Shown: positions 49,860 to 64,000 of the stretch, piece after piece
Layout of the letters: each line of letters begins with the position of its first letter
Position numbering within the stretch: position 1 is the first letter of the stretch
Assembly: GCA_030704615.1 (NCBI GenBank)
Contig: CM060731.1
Span: 54,188,001-54,252,000 of the forward strand
DNA from: Takakia lepidozioides
Taxonomy: Eukaryota > Plantae > Bryophyta
Direction of reading: 5' to 3'
DNA length: 64,000 nt
Position numbers and translations under genes: made by a program
The notes under the pieces: model-generated
The model's database searches: none
What the model saw: the letters and a program-made list of their open reading frames with translations, nothing else
Told to the model about the DNA's origin: nothing

Positions 49860-51510
49860 CCTTATTAAAGCATGTACAGAGCATAAGTGCAAAGTGGAGT
49901 TTGCTAGAATCATTCAGACTCAGGTGACATGGATCATTGATGGCCATCCTCTAAACTATGAGCGGGAATAAACTATGGTTGCCTCTGGATTTGTTATTCA
50001 TGATATGGTGTATGAAATTACAGTGGGCAATTTTGCCAATTGCACTTGCCTTAGAGTTTATCATGCTCTCAAGCAGTTTTGGGAAGAGAGAGAAATACAT
50101 CTTATGCAAACATGTATATTACATCTTTCTCAATATGATGTTTTTTGATCCAAAATGCTTTATTTACCAACCTATTCTCGGTTATGATGAATTTCAAACA
50201 CTTCTGCAACCATAGAATTTGAGTCGTTCATGATCAATGATGTAGTATTCGCGATCATTCACCACATAATCCTGATCATTGCTCTTGTCATGGCAATTAG
50301 CATTAAAGATGTTATAGATTTGAATTTGAATAATGTTGTTTCTCGGTTGTCTTTGTAAGAACTTCATGGTTTCATTTTGGCCTTCTTGACAGAAAAAACA
50401 ATGGCAACCCTCCACTACCATAAACATGCATTGCAAACAACTTTTAAATGGAATGATCAAAATTTATTTTTTATTTTTCCTTTGAGGCTGCATAATTTCT
50501 ATGCTCGTGATGTTTAAGACTTCGCCCTGATGTTTTTACAGTAATTTCTTCTAAGGACAACATTACATGACTTCATACTTGACAAAAAAAATTGTTTGTC
50601 AAGATTTCCATCCTCTGTAATAAGCTCCTTCATGCCAAGGGTATAGGCTTTGTTTCTTAGCCTCCACTCACACTAAGGCTTCATTAACACTTACTCCAAA
50701 ATTGCTCACATCATAATTTCTCTCAAGGGAGGAAACCACAATCGTTAACGATCGCGGGTTTATTTGCGCCTGTCGTAGACGGCCTCTCCATAACATTAAC
50801 AAAGACGGACCTCAATAGTGCTCTCTTGCTCTTACCTTCTCGAAACTGTTTTGATTATTTGGGACTAAAGAGTTTAAGCATCACAAGTTCTGCATCTGCC
50901 ATAACAACTTCGAACATGAGACGATAAATGCGAGTCAATGCTTCAGAAGTCACCCTCACCAAACTTATGACCATTGAAGGTACGAAACTGTCTAACTGCA
51001 CATGAGATTTCAAAGTTGGAAGACGTAAAATTTCGGCTTCCTGGATGTCAAATTATGTCTATGATAACAAATCACACGTTTTTTTGTCTGATGATAGTTG
51101 TGTTATATCTACTACTGGGCTAATGAACATCATATCAAAAAGAATGAGAAGGTAGTATGTCGTATTGCTCCAAGTACAGATCACAAGTGCAAAGTCAAGT
51201 TTGCAAGAAGCCTTCATGTGCTGGTCACATATATATCTTTGATGTTCTTGTTCTAGGATATGGGCAAGTTTACGTGCACCCGTGACTTTATGATCTGTTA
51301 TTCATGGTAGGGCATATGAAATCACGGTGGGAATCTTTTCAAATTGTCCATGTCTTGGTTCATTCTATGCTTTCAAGTAGTGTCGGAAAAAGAGGAAAAG
51401 ACATCCCATGTAAGCATCTCTATTATATCTTAATTAACATGATGTTATGTAACCCCAAACGTGACGAGTTCATTCATCAGCTCATTATAGGGCGCTACGA
51501 TGAGGTTTAA
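49860..51510 (+). mobile_element. Two degenerate SWIM zinc-finger remnants (probable Mutator-like transposase relics)
   Basis: NCTC...KREKYILCKHVYYIF near 50035-50130 and NCPC...GKRGKDIPCKHLYYIL near 51340-51435. Confidence 0.45.
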
Positions 51511-52619
51511 CACTCTTTTGTATTGAGATAGTTGACATATAGTTTGAATAGTTCATTTATTTGAGTTTCGAGGGCATTTGGTTGATCTATTGTACATTGT
51601 TTTTTTAGTATCATTCAATGCTCAATGTAATGCCAATGGAGATCCACATTACATTTTACATATCTTTTGTAATTTGGTGGTTATACATCTCTATTTCATG
51701 GCATTTGATGCACTGAATCATTGCAAACCATTGTTGCCTTGTAGCAAAAGAGAAAATATTCAAAATAACCTGCCACCTTCTGGCTGTTCTACTCCAACCC
51801 ATGCGACAACAAAGGGGGCCTCAATAAAGGCACCATGCTCTCAAATCCCACATGTGAGTAATGTGCTATAGCTCTGTAGCATCCAAAGCAGCCCATTTGA
51901 CGGCCAAATTAGTTAGTTGTACATAGTGTATAGGCTTAGGTTGCCAAAGATCGGTGTCAAGAAAGGTCTCAGCTGAAGTGGTCAAATTGCCTACATAGAC
52001 TTCCATGCGTGTGATTCAGAGACAATAGGTCTGTTATCCCTTTGTAGTATGCATGATCCAACGCAACTTCCCTGAACTTGTTTCTAATCTATAACATGGG
52101 CACCACATATAAACCGAGCACCACAAAGAAAGCATTGCAGATAGGACAAAGTTGAAAAATAAATGCAATGTTGTAAAACTGATAGGAACGCCTGCCTATG
52201 GAACCCACAACCCTCTCTTGCCCTCCGCTTTTCAAAGAAAATGACGACTGCGCTTGGAAAATTCAAATCCATGGATCATTGCATGTCGTACGGCCTAACC
52301 ACATGATGAGACGTATTATGCCAAAAGTTCACAATCCACAATCCAAGGACTCACATGCTTGGTGAGCCCAACACCTCTAGAGTGTAAAACATGCATAAGA
52401 TTCCACCATGTAGAATGCCATTGTGTAGGACAACCTCTCCATTGTGACCACGGTTGTGGCAATTGCAACTTCGACATTGACTCTGCGGTCCATGGAGCCA
52501 ACGGATGGGTTATCCGAACGCCGATAGAGCCCAGCAAGCAGAGCGCATAGGGGTACATATAACATCATGCCATTTTTTTTAGGCGTGGTCCCTTCCTCAC
52601 AGAAAAGGAAAAATGACCA

Positions 52620-52796
52620 ACAATTAGTAGCTCAATTGGTTAATGCACTGATATGATGCTGGGGTCAAATCCTGCTACTTGACGGGTGTGGTATATTCTT
52701 CTCCCCCTTTCCCCTGGGCGGTGTCCCATTTCTACACCTTCATGGCGCGGTTACTGTGAAGGAGGTTATTTTCTCCTCTCAGTATTAAGGGGCCTG
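52620..52796 (+). mobile_element. tRNA-derived SINE (family 1)
   Basis: A-box tagctcaattggttaa, B-box-like ggggtcaaatcc; matches 13390-13560. Confidence 0.7.
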
Positions 52797-55285
52797 ATTT
52801 TTATTTATTATTTATTTTTTGGTCAACAGGGGGATAGGCTAACTTTATTGTAATGTAGTTGGACAAAGCCCTTACATATTATTTGGGATTATTCGGGGAA
52901 AAAAATTAAAACCCCTTAGACGCCAGAAGGCACACACACCGTAATCAGTGAAAAGAGAACTGTGGCTGGGAATTTAACTGGCGAACATTGCAGCCTCAAA
53001 TGCAGCTAAGCAAGGGAGAGCATGAAAAACTGAATCAAAACAGTGAGTTATCCTCAAACAGGGGTAGGAAAAAGAGTTATGGAGACCAAGTTGCCTTTAA
53101 GGCCTTATCCGACCAGAGGATTCCCAAGGGATTAGCCAAGATCTATCCTTCTTGGCTCAAACTGTTCAACGATAGTTGAGTCTCGAGGGTTTTGCCGAGG
53201 TCTTCAAGTGTTTCCAGTTGACCTCACGATCGAACTCCGAGGATACTTTGGACTGTTGAGCGCTTGTTTCTCCAGTGTAGGGGCGGAAGCTCTGGCCATG
53301 TCATGAGTCCTCTGAAGTGGTGACACAGATGAGCCCGTGGTGAGCCCAGGTGTTCCTGAATTTCTCGTAGATGGCAGGAGCTCCTGCGATTGCGTTGCAT
53401 ATCTGCACAGAGTTTAACCCAGGCTTTGCATGACTCGATGCTCAAATCATAGAAAACAAGGGCCAAAATGGTGGAGATTGAGGAGGTGGAGTAGAGAATG
53501 ATTTTGAGCATCTGACTTTCCAAAGATGCCACAAGACCGAGCCCCTAAGAGATTCAAACACAGGGCAAGAGATGGATTTTTGCTTGGTGAGGGGGTCATA
53601 GTTTAGCAGCAGGTCTGTGACCGAGAGATACCTTGGGCTCCAGTGATGGTAGAAACCTTTGATGAAGGGCCAGATGTTCCTAGGATATAGGCAAGTAAGA
53701 AGCGCATGCTCTATACTTTCCAGAATACCCGTTTGACAGCATTGGCAAAGGATGGCTGATTGGAATTGAAGCCATTCTCCGACCTTAAGCACTCTGTTGG
53801 CGATCTGCCAGAGAAGGGCCACCACCTCGGCCAGACGGGTCTTGATCCAAACCGAAGCCTAGATTATTGACCATTTTTCGTTTTGGAACCCATGGTGTTG
53901 CCATCTTGTATCCCATTTGGACTGCATGGGCTGGGCATTCTGGATGGCTTGGTAGCCCTTCTTGGTTGAATAAGTGTAGAAGGGGTGAGGCCCTTTGGGA
54001 AAATTCCAGGACCATTCATCTGGGTCCAAGGGGAGTTCGGCCAATGGTCTCCCCAAGATCCAAAAGAATCTGTTGGTTTTCAGCCACACATGCAGAGAGT
54101 CCATGGCTGTTGGAATCCGGTCAATTGCTTTGGAAGGCAGGGACCATCCGCAGACCCTTATCTGAGTCAATGGGATGAGTGGAATTTCTAGATGTTGATC
54201 TGCAGCGCCATAGTGGTCGGATTTATGGAGAAAGGAAATACCGCATGATGGAAAGCCGAGGTTGCTTGCACAAAGAAGATTGTTAGAGCATTCTGGTGGA
54301 CGGCCAAAGCCCAGAAATTGTGCTGAGGCTGATTTGGGCCAGACTGGAGGTTGGCAAGCCACAAGGGTGGGAATGAACTCTTGATTTCATCATAACCTTT
54401 CGTGGCCCTGCTTTTCCCTACCATAGTTGCTACTGAGTCAAGCGTCTTCTAGTCACCATTGAACCAGAGGTGTCCTACTCTGCTGACCCCCAGGCGATCC
54501 CAGGCCGCCCAACGCTTTGCCTCATTTCTTTAAGCAGGTGAGAGGGAGACCGGGTTGAGAAACAGACTCTGTCGAGTGGTGTCCTGGAAGGTGACAGGTT
54601 CCCTTTTCTTGAGGAATTTTCTCAGCTTATCCCTGGCTTTCTAGATAGCTCCCCACAACGGTGATCCAGGCATCTTATGCTTAAACCCTTGGACCGACCA
54701 TCTAAGAGAGGGATTCCATCTCACAGATTTGAGGGGAGATGCCTGCATTATGCGGTGCCACAAGGAATTTCCACCACCCTCCCACTGGGCCAAAGAATCG
54801 AGGAACCCATTTGCCCAGGAGGGCCGTAATCTGAGACTCGGGGTCAAGCACCCCTAGCCCTCCCATCTTTTTGGGCATACAGATTTGTTTCCATGCTACC
54901 TGGGGCCTTTTTTTCTGGCCAAATGATTCTGCTCCCCATATGTAGTTCCTAATGAGGCGGGTGACCTCTTTGATGTATTTGGGGTCTGGTCTCCAGGAAG
55001 AAGCATAGTACCAGATACCTGCTTCCAGAATTTGTTTGGCTGTGAGAGCCCTTCCTGTGATGGTAAGGTGCTTTGAACCCCAGTAGGTTAGTTGTCGTTT
55101 GAGTTTGGCGAGGACTGGGCCAAATCTCTGGTGGTCTTTCAATCCAATGCCAAAGGTATAACCTAGCAATGTGGTGGTTTCCCCTGGCTGCAACCATTTT
55201 AGGCGATGGTGGGCTCCCAAGGTGGGGGAAGGACCCATGGGCGTTGCAGAGAGGTCACCCACCAGCACAGCGGCAGTTTTGTTCT
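52797..55285 (-). mobile_element. 5'-truncated L1-clade LINE (post-RT region and zf-RVT), with A-rich tail
   Basis: YWGSKHLTITGRAL..KQIL...IWYY, VAWKQICMPKKMGGLGVLD, CQCCQTGILESIEHALLTC; A-rich tail at 52797-52820 on the minus strand. Confidence 0.85.
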
Positions 55286-55827
55286 AGTTGACTAACAAGC
55301 AGAAGGTGTCAAGGGTTCCATGTGTTCCCTTTATAAAAAAGAAAAAGAAAAAGAAAGAATAAATAAATGAGAAAAGGCAGGCACCAAAACAGGAGCAGAA
55401 TGGGCGTGTATGATATGATGGAATAGTCGAGGGTTGCGTGGCAGCACGTGAGTGGGCAGCGAGGCCCGGACCACGAGCACAGAGGGAGAGAGAGAGAGAG
55501 AGAGAGAGAGGTGGGCTAGGGTGCGTGCTGCGTGCGTGCCGCCATAGCCACAAGCTTATTACTGCTTTCCTCTGTCTGTGTGTGTTTCCCTTTGGTCAGG
55601 CCACATAGGTAAGTAGTGGAGGAGAGGCTGCTTCATTGCAAAATTATGTTGGGTGCGGGTATCTGTAAGGAAATGGAGAAGGAAATGGCAGATTGGTGTG
55701 GCGATATCTTCCAGACCGTGAAGAGGCGGCGAATCTGAGGCTGTGGATCTGGCCCCTGTCGTGGGTTGGAAGGCGGAGATCGGTGCGACCAGAGGCTGCG
55801 GACTGGAAAAGTACTCCGCGACCTAAG

Positions 55828-58800
55828 ATGTCTCCAGTTGCTATGGAAGCGAGTGTTGTGGATCCGTTTGCTTTTGAGGCCCCAGAAGCAAAGCCGGAGA
55901 TGAGGCGGCACGTTACGGAAATCAAACCGCGACAACAACACGAGCACCACATGAAGGTAGTTGAATCTTGCCCGCCTGGTGCTTGTTTATCAAGATTTCG
56001 CCACCGGATCTGGACTTTCCACTAATTTTCGAGGGCGGGCTCATCCATGCCTGGTATCATGGGTCCGTGTTTCTTTCCACCCTGTGGTAGGGTTTACTCG
56101 TTAACTTGATTCTGTACATTGAAAGTTGGTTAGACTGCTAGTCTATGTTCTTAGCACGGGATTGTTTTTGACTGTATGTGAGTTCCACAGCTGCAGATGA
56201 TGGTGCTGGATTCGCCCTCCCCGAGAACTCCTCAACCTGGCACGGAGATAAGTCTGTCCGCAAGAGTGAAGCTGCGGGAGTCTTTGACTACAGCTCTGGA
56301 AATGGTAGTAAGCAAGCAACTGATTAAGAGTGTGCTAGGCGTCGTAAAAAAGGAGTTTGAAGCCCAGCGCGAGCACCCCGGCCAAGGCAAAGGACTCGGG
56401 GACGCGCCTATGATGCAGGTGGGGCACACTTGAACGTTGGTCCTTTAGGCTGCTGAGGGTTGCAATCTTTGACGAAATACGTTGTCTCGTCTCGTCTTAT
56501 GGGGCTTGGTTTTGTATTGAGGATATGATGAGGTACTGCGGTGTTGGGATACTGGATATTAGGTCCATCCTTAAACTTCCTTTTGATGCAGGATATTATA
56601 AGTTCACATTTGATGTCCTGGTGATGTTGTCCGCAACTCTGTTGTGGTAGGGTGGTTTCAGTCGTTATAACATTAATGGCAACACTGTCGTATGTGGCGT
56701 TGGCTTTGGCAGACTGCCCTGCCTTGCAGGCCACTTTGTGTGAACGCTTGGGTTGAGCACCGTTACAGGCAGCCTGTAGGTGATATGTGCTGCTCTGAAC
56801 CAGCAGTTGTGGATAAGGAAGAAACCATGCAGAAGTTTACTCGGCACATAAATTCCTGTGGGTAGAACAAACGGAAGCAGGACAGACCTGGAGCAGTTGG
56901 GAGATCTCGGCCTGTTAATTGCACCCCTATTTCATGAATTTTTGTGTGCGCTTAGCTGATCAAGCTGATAAACATTTTACCCATGATTGCAGGGCGCTGC
57001 CAGGTTTAAGTCTGCTTCAAAGGCTGAAGAGTTGGGAGTTCAAATTGTTGCCACAGAAAAATATGTGACAGAGAAAATTGATGATGAGAAAGTTAAAGCA
57101 GAGTTAGGCGGACGAGAGGCTCTATCTGCAAGTCAGAGAGAGGTAGGTACAATTGGGAAGAGATTCAACTCTGAAGTATTTGGAGCACAAGTGTCCCTCA
57201 TGTCTGATTCTCCTTCAAAGAAAATGAAGACAGAGTTAGGACAGTCTGTTTTTATCCCAAAACACGCAGTACTTAAGGGAGGGAGGGAGGGGAGGCATGG
57301 TGGGGATGATGCGAAAGGTGGTCTCCAGCTTATGGATCAAGCAAGAAAAGTTGCCACAGACATTGAAGCTGAACTGTTCAAACTCTGTGGACGCACCACA
57401 AAGATTTACAATCAGAAAGCTCGATCTCTAATTTTTAATCTCAAGGACAAAAGCAATCCAGAGCTACGTGCCCGGGTCTTTGCAGGGGTAATTACACCTG
57501 CAGCTCTCAGTCGCATGAGTGCAGAGCAGCTTGCTTCAAAGGAGCTCTCTGAGTGGCGGAGTGCAAAGGAACAAGCACTTGACAAATGGGTTGTCCTTAC
57601 AGATGCGGATGTAGACCCAGGCAAGATTGTGAAGAAGACTCACAAAGGAGAGTTTCTTGTGAATGTTCAGAGTGAAAATATGGTGGACATCTCTCCATTT
57701 TCCAGCCAGTCAAGTTTCCCACTTAACTTGGATTCAAAGGAAAAGGCAGCAGGGCAAGTCATGGAGCAAGTGGACTTGCTGGGTGAAGATTCTGTTTCAT
57801 CTAAGAATCTGAAATTAGAGGGGGAGGGTAAGGATAAGAACTCTCCTTCGCCCTTGCAAGAAAGCATGTCTCATGACAGCTGTCAGGAGGAGCAGTCCCA
57901 CAGTACTTCTAATAAGTCAGAAGGTGAAAGGCTTTCCCCAGGACACCCAATAGGGACCACAAATGCAGAAGTGGCTGAAGGGGATCACGATTTACCAATG
58001 ATTATGTCACTGGATGAGTTCCTGGATGCTCGGGAAGAGGTTCCAACCCAGAATCTGGAGAATGTGTTTGTGGACGCTCCCATCGAGTTAAGAGCAGCTC
58101 CCCAAATTGTTATGCCAGAGGAAACTGGAACGGGAGACATCAGTCTTCCATCTCCCACCAAGGCTGCAGAGGAAAGAGTCAGTGTGAATTCTGCCAAGCC
58201 AACCTCCAAGAGTGTTAGGGCGACAAAAGGAACATCGAGGCATGGAACAGAGGCTGGCAAGGGAAAGAGGGAGGGGGCTGGAGTGTTCTGGGAGGGTAAT
58301 CTTCAATTGAGCGCTTCTCGGTTGTCACCTTTGGAGCTTGTTTTCAAAAGGTTTGTGTCTTGGGACAATAAGAAGTTACTATGCCTTTGTCATTGCCACG
58401 TTTTTCCTTGTTTGCAAAGTGATCAGGATCTCTATCCTCCTCACTTCGGGTGTTGGATTTGAGACTTCATAAAAGTCACAGGAGCATGGTAGGATGTTCC
58501 AAGTTCTGTGCTCCTCTTTGTCTTAGTGGCAGGAAACAATCTTTTGCGGACAAAAGAGATTTTCAGGCCTGTTTCATGTTACTTTTGATTTGTGTTGGTA
58601 CGTCAAACCTGTGGTGGCTCCATGTTTTTCTCTCATAGTCATTGGGAACAAATTCTTTGCTCAACCATACTGTTCCTTAGATGATGTGCTTGTTTTCCAA
58701 GGCGGTTACTTCTTTTTGAGTGTGGTGTTGGGCTTTAATCCTGTGTTAGAACAGCTGGACCTCGGATGGACTAAAGTTTTTGCCTTTCAATGGGTAATGA

Positions 58801-61800
58801 AACTGGCCCTGGGCCTGCTGCAAGCCTTGCCGGAATGTTCGCTGGAATGTTTTAATCTCCTTACTTGGACGTGCAGCAGGTGCCCTGTGTGCTATGTCAT
58901 ACAATCTGCCAGGTACTCATGTGACATTCTCACTTGTACCAGGCTGGAGGTGACAAGTGAATCATCCTAGGTACCCATGTACAAGAGAGAAAGTGTCGGC
59001 ACATGGTCTGAGACTTATATGTTGTGTGTGTTGTCTTGCTAGATTACAACTACCAACTAGATCCTAACTGTGAAACCTGTGGGATGCAGTGGCGAGAAGG
59101 TCGAACTTAAAGACTGGCCAAAGTCCTTGGAGATGAAAGGAAGGGTGAGGCTGGCGCATTTGGACAAGTTTCTCCAGGAATTGCAGCTTTCCCGTTCCCG
59201 CTCAGTCATGGTACAGATTCGTAGCTTGTTGATTACTTTTTATTGTACCACTACGTTTGGATTGGTCATTTTGGACAATTTTTGTAAGGTTTGTCATTTT
59301 CAAACTACTTATGGATGTCTCATCTCCATTGTTTGTCTTCCCTGCTAGTTGTTCATTCTCTTGATCACTCGGCACTTTTACACGTCACCATTCGAGTTTG
59401 GTTTTAGAGTGCATACTTGTCACTTCCTCCCATTCATTCTGTCCAGCATCCTCCTTATCTGCATTCCTACTGAGTTGACCTGTAAGTGGCATGGGTTCAA
59501 TTAAATTGACTCCCAAGTTCTGCAGAGGTTGTGTGTTTGGCCTGAGGATTTCAGTTCTTCTGCTCATTTACATTTCTTTTGATCAGTAAACCCATAGAAA
59601 AACATACTTGGATTTTTCTGAATGAACTTCCTTACCTGTAGAGTGTGGTGCCATGGTAGGCAATCCGTAATTGTGAATACCTCTCATGGTCCCACTTTTA
59701 ACCACATACATAAAGTGGACTACGAGGGTGAGATTCACCTGGCAATTGCACGTTGCTCCTACTCATACTTGCAAATGCTAGAATGTTACTGGAATTCAGA
59801 TCAACCAGGTTTAGAGACAAATATTGTATTGTTCTGTGATCAAGACAAATGTCTAGTTTGTGGCAAATTACTCCCAACTGCTATGCATGCCAGATGCCTC
59901 TCACTTCAGATGGTTGCAAATCCCTTCCTGCAACATCGCTTGCTACAGGGGAATGAGGAACTTAAGTTTCTTCATATGAACTTCGGGACGAGAAAACGAA
60001 GTTAGAGTTTCAGATCCTTATACTTCAGACAGGCAATTCGCTTTAGGCAGGCTTGGAAATCTTGGGAATGAGAGGTAGCCTGTTACAATCTGGAGCTTGG
60101 AGGGATGCATACTTGAGCTGCTGCTGATCTCCCTCATGATAGATTTCCTTCTTTTTGTACTTTCTGCTTCCTGGCTCCGAAAGTGAATAGTAGCATGAAT
60201 TTGGAGTGCTGGTCCATTTCAGTTGTGGGTCTGTGGTTGTGAAGTTTGACAGTATGTTGAATCTCTGCTCTGCTGTATGAGACGGAGGATTGTCCTGACA
60301 TGATGTCAGACTCCCTTTTTGCTTGGATGTGTTTTTTGTTGCTTTCTTACTGTTCGATTGATTTTCTTTCTAACACGTTTCTGATGGTTGCTGACTGACT
60401 TTCACCCACTGTTTTGGCAGGTCGTGTCTTTCTTATTGCCGGAGGGATGCAAGGACTCCAAATCGCACATTACTCACTTGAAGGAGGTGTGTGCTGTTAC
60501 TTTTAGTTTTGGGTCGTTGGGTTGTTCCACTCTGCAGTGCCTGTGTTCCATTTGGGGGACAAGCCTCAGTTCTGTAAAGTGTTCCATCTTTTGAACACTA
60601 CTTCATATTTCCTCTGTGTGTGTTCATGTCTGGCCTGCTTCGCATTTACAGTCAACCATGCTTGGTATAGAAAACTTTGGGTAAGGTTCACAATATGGTT
60701 GTCGTGCTCTAGTTTAGTCTGGGCCGCATTTGAGCTGTGCCCTAGGGTTGGACATCTTGTTGTCTTGATGCAGCTCTTTCTGAGCATTTGACTGGCTCCT
60801 TACATCTGGTTGAAAGAGACTAGTGCCGTACATTCAACTCTGTGGTTTTGTGGCACTCTTGGCACCTCGTCATGCTTGGGTTCTGTGGCAAATGCAGGTC
60901 GCCGATCAATATCGGATGGGAGACAGAGTGGGCTTTGCAGAACCTATGCCTGGTTTTGAACTCTATCTACTTCCGCCTGGAAGCGGCACCTCAAAGCTCT
61001 TGAGTGAGCATGGGCACCCTGAGAGTTCAGAAGGAGATCAAAGAAGAGAGGAAGTGTTAGTGGGTGTGGTGGTCTGGCGTAGAAACCAGGTTTCACAGAG
61101 TGACTTGCCCTCGCTTGTACCAGGTCACCGCCACCCCGGACAAAACTCTAATTCTAAAAAATTGATTTCAGTGTCATCCACAGAAGCTCAGCCACCATCT
61201 CATGATCTATCCCCACTGGTTAACCTCACAAAACATCCTATCTCCCTGCCTGTCTCTCTCAAAACCCAAGCTACTGATGATGTACCCCCAGGCTTTTGGC
61301 CCCGGCCACCAGCAAGTTCCACTGACCTGGTCCGGCGGCCAAGCTCTGCCATTAGTGAGGATGAGGATGACCTTCCAGAGTTTGATTTTGGTAGTCAAGG
61401 TGTAGTTGGAGCTCTGCATACTCTCCCACCACATGCCTCTCAGTTTGCTGCAGGAGGCCATGGTGTGCGGGCAGTTCTGTCAGACCCCGTTGCTGTAGAT
61501 TCTGCAAGTGCGAATGGAGTTGTGAGCGGAGGGCAACGCAGCCACCAGTCTCATATAGTAGCACTCTATGGGGGCGCAAGCTCCTCGCCAGTGGTTCGAT
61601 CAGTGGGCTGGGTCCCACCACACCAAGCACCATTCCTGCAAGAAGTGGTCCGCAATATACATAATCCCCAAGGCTCACTAGTCATGCCTCAATGGCAGCA
61701 ACCTAGCCATTTACATCATCCTCCAGGTGCAGTAGCTATGGCTCAGTGGCAGCAACCTAGTCACTTCCAGCGGGCCACCATTCCCCAAAGGCCTTCAGAG

Positions 61801-62007
61801 CAAAGAGAGTCCTTTGTCAGGGAGCCCATACCAGCTTGGGATCCCACTGGCAGAGGCAGGGAGGTGCAAAGAGGGAGGGACCATAGTCCCACTAGGGAGC
61901 AAAATCGAGGCAGGGAGAGAGAAAGGAGTAGTAGAGATAGCACTGCTGGGCACGGGCGCATAAAGGACCCTAGGATTGGTGAGCTTTCATGGCATGAGAG
62001 AAGGTAG
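55828..62007 (+). CDS. TFIIS central (TFS2M) + SPOC domain protein, BORDER/PHF3/DIDO-like; exons about 55828-55956, 56197-56418, 56993-58350, 59090-59210, 60421-60486, 60898-62007
   Basis: IEAELFKLCG...YNQKARSLIFNLKDKSNPELRARVF.G.ITP..L..MSAEQLASKELSEWR, VKKTHKGE; SPOC WEG.LQLS...SGEK...WP..LEMKGRVRL....FLQEL..SRSR...RVGFAEP..GFELYLLPP...GVVVWRR; GT-AG introns in phase; start codon uncertain. Confidence 0.88.
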
Positions 62008-64000
62008 AGAGACAGTTAGGAGAATAGCAGCTTAGACTCTAGAATGAAAATGAACTCAGTGGTCGCTGGAGGATTAGAGAGTTCAGTGATTAGATTGTCA
62101 TACTCTTTCGAGGCAGCAACAGAGAGCCTCTGTACAGTATGTAAGTGGGAAGAAGTGACTGCTCTGCCGAGATGTTCTTGGAGAGTTTCATTATAATTTT
62201 GTAATGGCCCTTGGATCCTACTTGGGAAAGTGAAAACAGCCTCAGTTTCATTCCTGAAGATGAACATCTTGGGACAATTTCTTCTCTTAAAGGTGCAGCA
62301 CTTTAGAGTCTTGATAAGTACAGTGTTCGCTCTGTGTTATTCCCTGAACATTGCAAGGAAAGTCTCCACCAGCACAACACACAGCCACAGGCTTTGTTGG
62401 GTCTTTGCCTTGGCATATGTTCTCTCTGCAACGTTTCACACTCTTTGTTTTTGTAGTAGATTGAAAGAGCAAAGAGTCGATTCAATTGCTGTGGAGCTTT
62501 ACAATTCACTGGATGAAAGTCTTACATGTTCAAATGAAGATTGGTTGTGGATGTTCAAATTTCTCCTGCTCTTCAATGGATGTGAGGCTTTTGGGGTATT
62601 GCCCTTCACTTCTTTTGTCCAACGGATGATGTTCCTTTACTCATCTCTTGAATAATCTGCTCAGGATTCATCATTGATACCTAGCACCATGTCTGCGCAA
62701 TACCAAGCTCCATGAGCAATCGTGGAGCTTGCAAGGGAGGAATGCAGAAAGCTTCTACTCCATACAGACTTCTGCTATGACAAGCTTCCTGAGAGCATTG
62801 GGAGAGGCAGCTTGCGGTCACAATGTTCCTCTTCCATGTTTAGACGCATGTCACACATTGCACGGGTCCAAAAGATTTTCCAAGTTGTCCCTTCCACAGA
62901 ACTGGAGTATGCATTTCTTGCTTAAACCGAGTTACATTCCACATCAGATGTGTTTGTCAAGTCAGAAGGAAGCCTCAAAAGTTGGAGGCCGTTTCCTACC
63001 GTCAAATTATAGTTGTACTGCTATCGTTTGCATAACACTGACACAGTAGTATGTAGCACTATCTTAGTTTGAATGACTCTGTTGCACAATCGTGTTAGCA
63101 AATGGCAATGACGTGCTCATCAGACGACTGACAAAACCAATCGATTCTGTGGCCTGGCCTACTGCTTTACAACTCCTACCCCAAGGCTGCTTTTTGCACC
63201 TGTCAGATTTGGTTTGACAGGCAACAAAAGGCAAATAAAAAACTGCCTGTCAGAAATTACTGATAGTTATTAGCAATTTTATGAGTAAGTCCACCTAGGA
63301 GAAGCTCAAAAAGGTACTAATTATTAGTAGTTACTGTTAACCTTACTAAAAAGTCCACCTAGGGGAGCCTCTCGAGTCGTACCAGATCTTGTAGTGATGA
63401 TGGTGACAGCCAATTCAGGTGGCCTGGGCTACTCCTAGTCTGCACACATAGAGTGCAATCCTATGAGCAGATTCTGTAATAAAAACAATCCCGATATGTA
63501 CCACTGCGCAAACGTCATGTCCATGCTGCAGGCGAAGCTGTCGCAGCTTTAGTACTGGACACCACCAACAGTCAACTCAACCCCGTGCTCCCCAGATCGC
63601 TGGACAAGCTTAGTCCAAAAGCGACAGAGGTATGAAAACACCCAAGTTCTGCTTCAAAACACATGGCACTCTGATCCAACGTCCGGGGAGAACCGGCAGC
63701 CAGTTACATGCTAGCCGACTGAATTCCAGAATTTCCGCATGAAATATGAAACCTCAGGAAATGGATCCGAGGGAAAAAATGGCCGAAGTGGAAATCAACC
63801 GGAAATCAACGGGGTGCCCTACTTTTAGGAAGGATATTTGCCTTTCCATTTCATTACAGACAGGAAATCTGCCTTAGTTGGCAAGGCCTGGACGGATTCC
63901 GGCCCTTCTTATATTACAAAAAATGGAAATGGCCGTCGAAGTCCACCACATGGCAGAAATCCAACGTGCCAGGCCGGGTTACATCCAAGGAAGGGCGTTT

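Overview
Eukaryotic nuclear DNA from a plant, most likely a non-seed plant (bryophyte/lycophyte/fern-like, judged from the PLS-PPR/DYW motif style and the TE content). Three intron-containing host genes frame the window: an exon of a PATROL1/Munc13-like (DUF810) gene at the left edge (-), an 8-exon peptidase C45/AAT-family gene (6683-11883, +) and a TFIIS-M + SPOC (BORDER/PHF3-like) gene (55828-62007, +). Between them is a ~35 kb graveyard of shuffled PLS-PPR-E-DYW pseudogene fragments, arranged as an inverted mosaic and riddled with TEs (LINEs, tRNA-derived SINEs, Copia remnant, CACTA, hAT, piggyBac-like, Helitron-like). The main find is a 10.3 kb Ty3/Gypsy element (31720-42002, - strand, GATA target duplication). 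Its Pol carries a DNMT3-like C5 cytosine methyltransferase between protease and RT. Its ends are split direct repeats (B-internal-A-B-A) rather than two ordinary LTRs, it has a self-priming PBS, and its leader contains a captured ribosomal P-protein C-terminus. Other notable observations: PPR-DYW genes fused to an OSB-type PDF ssDNA-binding motif, and a Helitron-like family whose three 3' ends all sit 30-39 bp upstream of a SINE A-box, one copy carrying a possible phage/NCLDV-like SSB ORF. All calls were made by eye; no database search was run.
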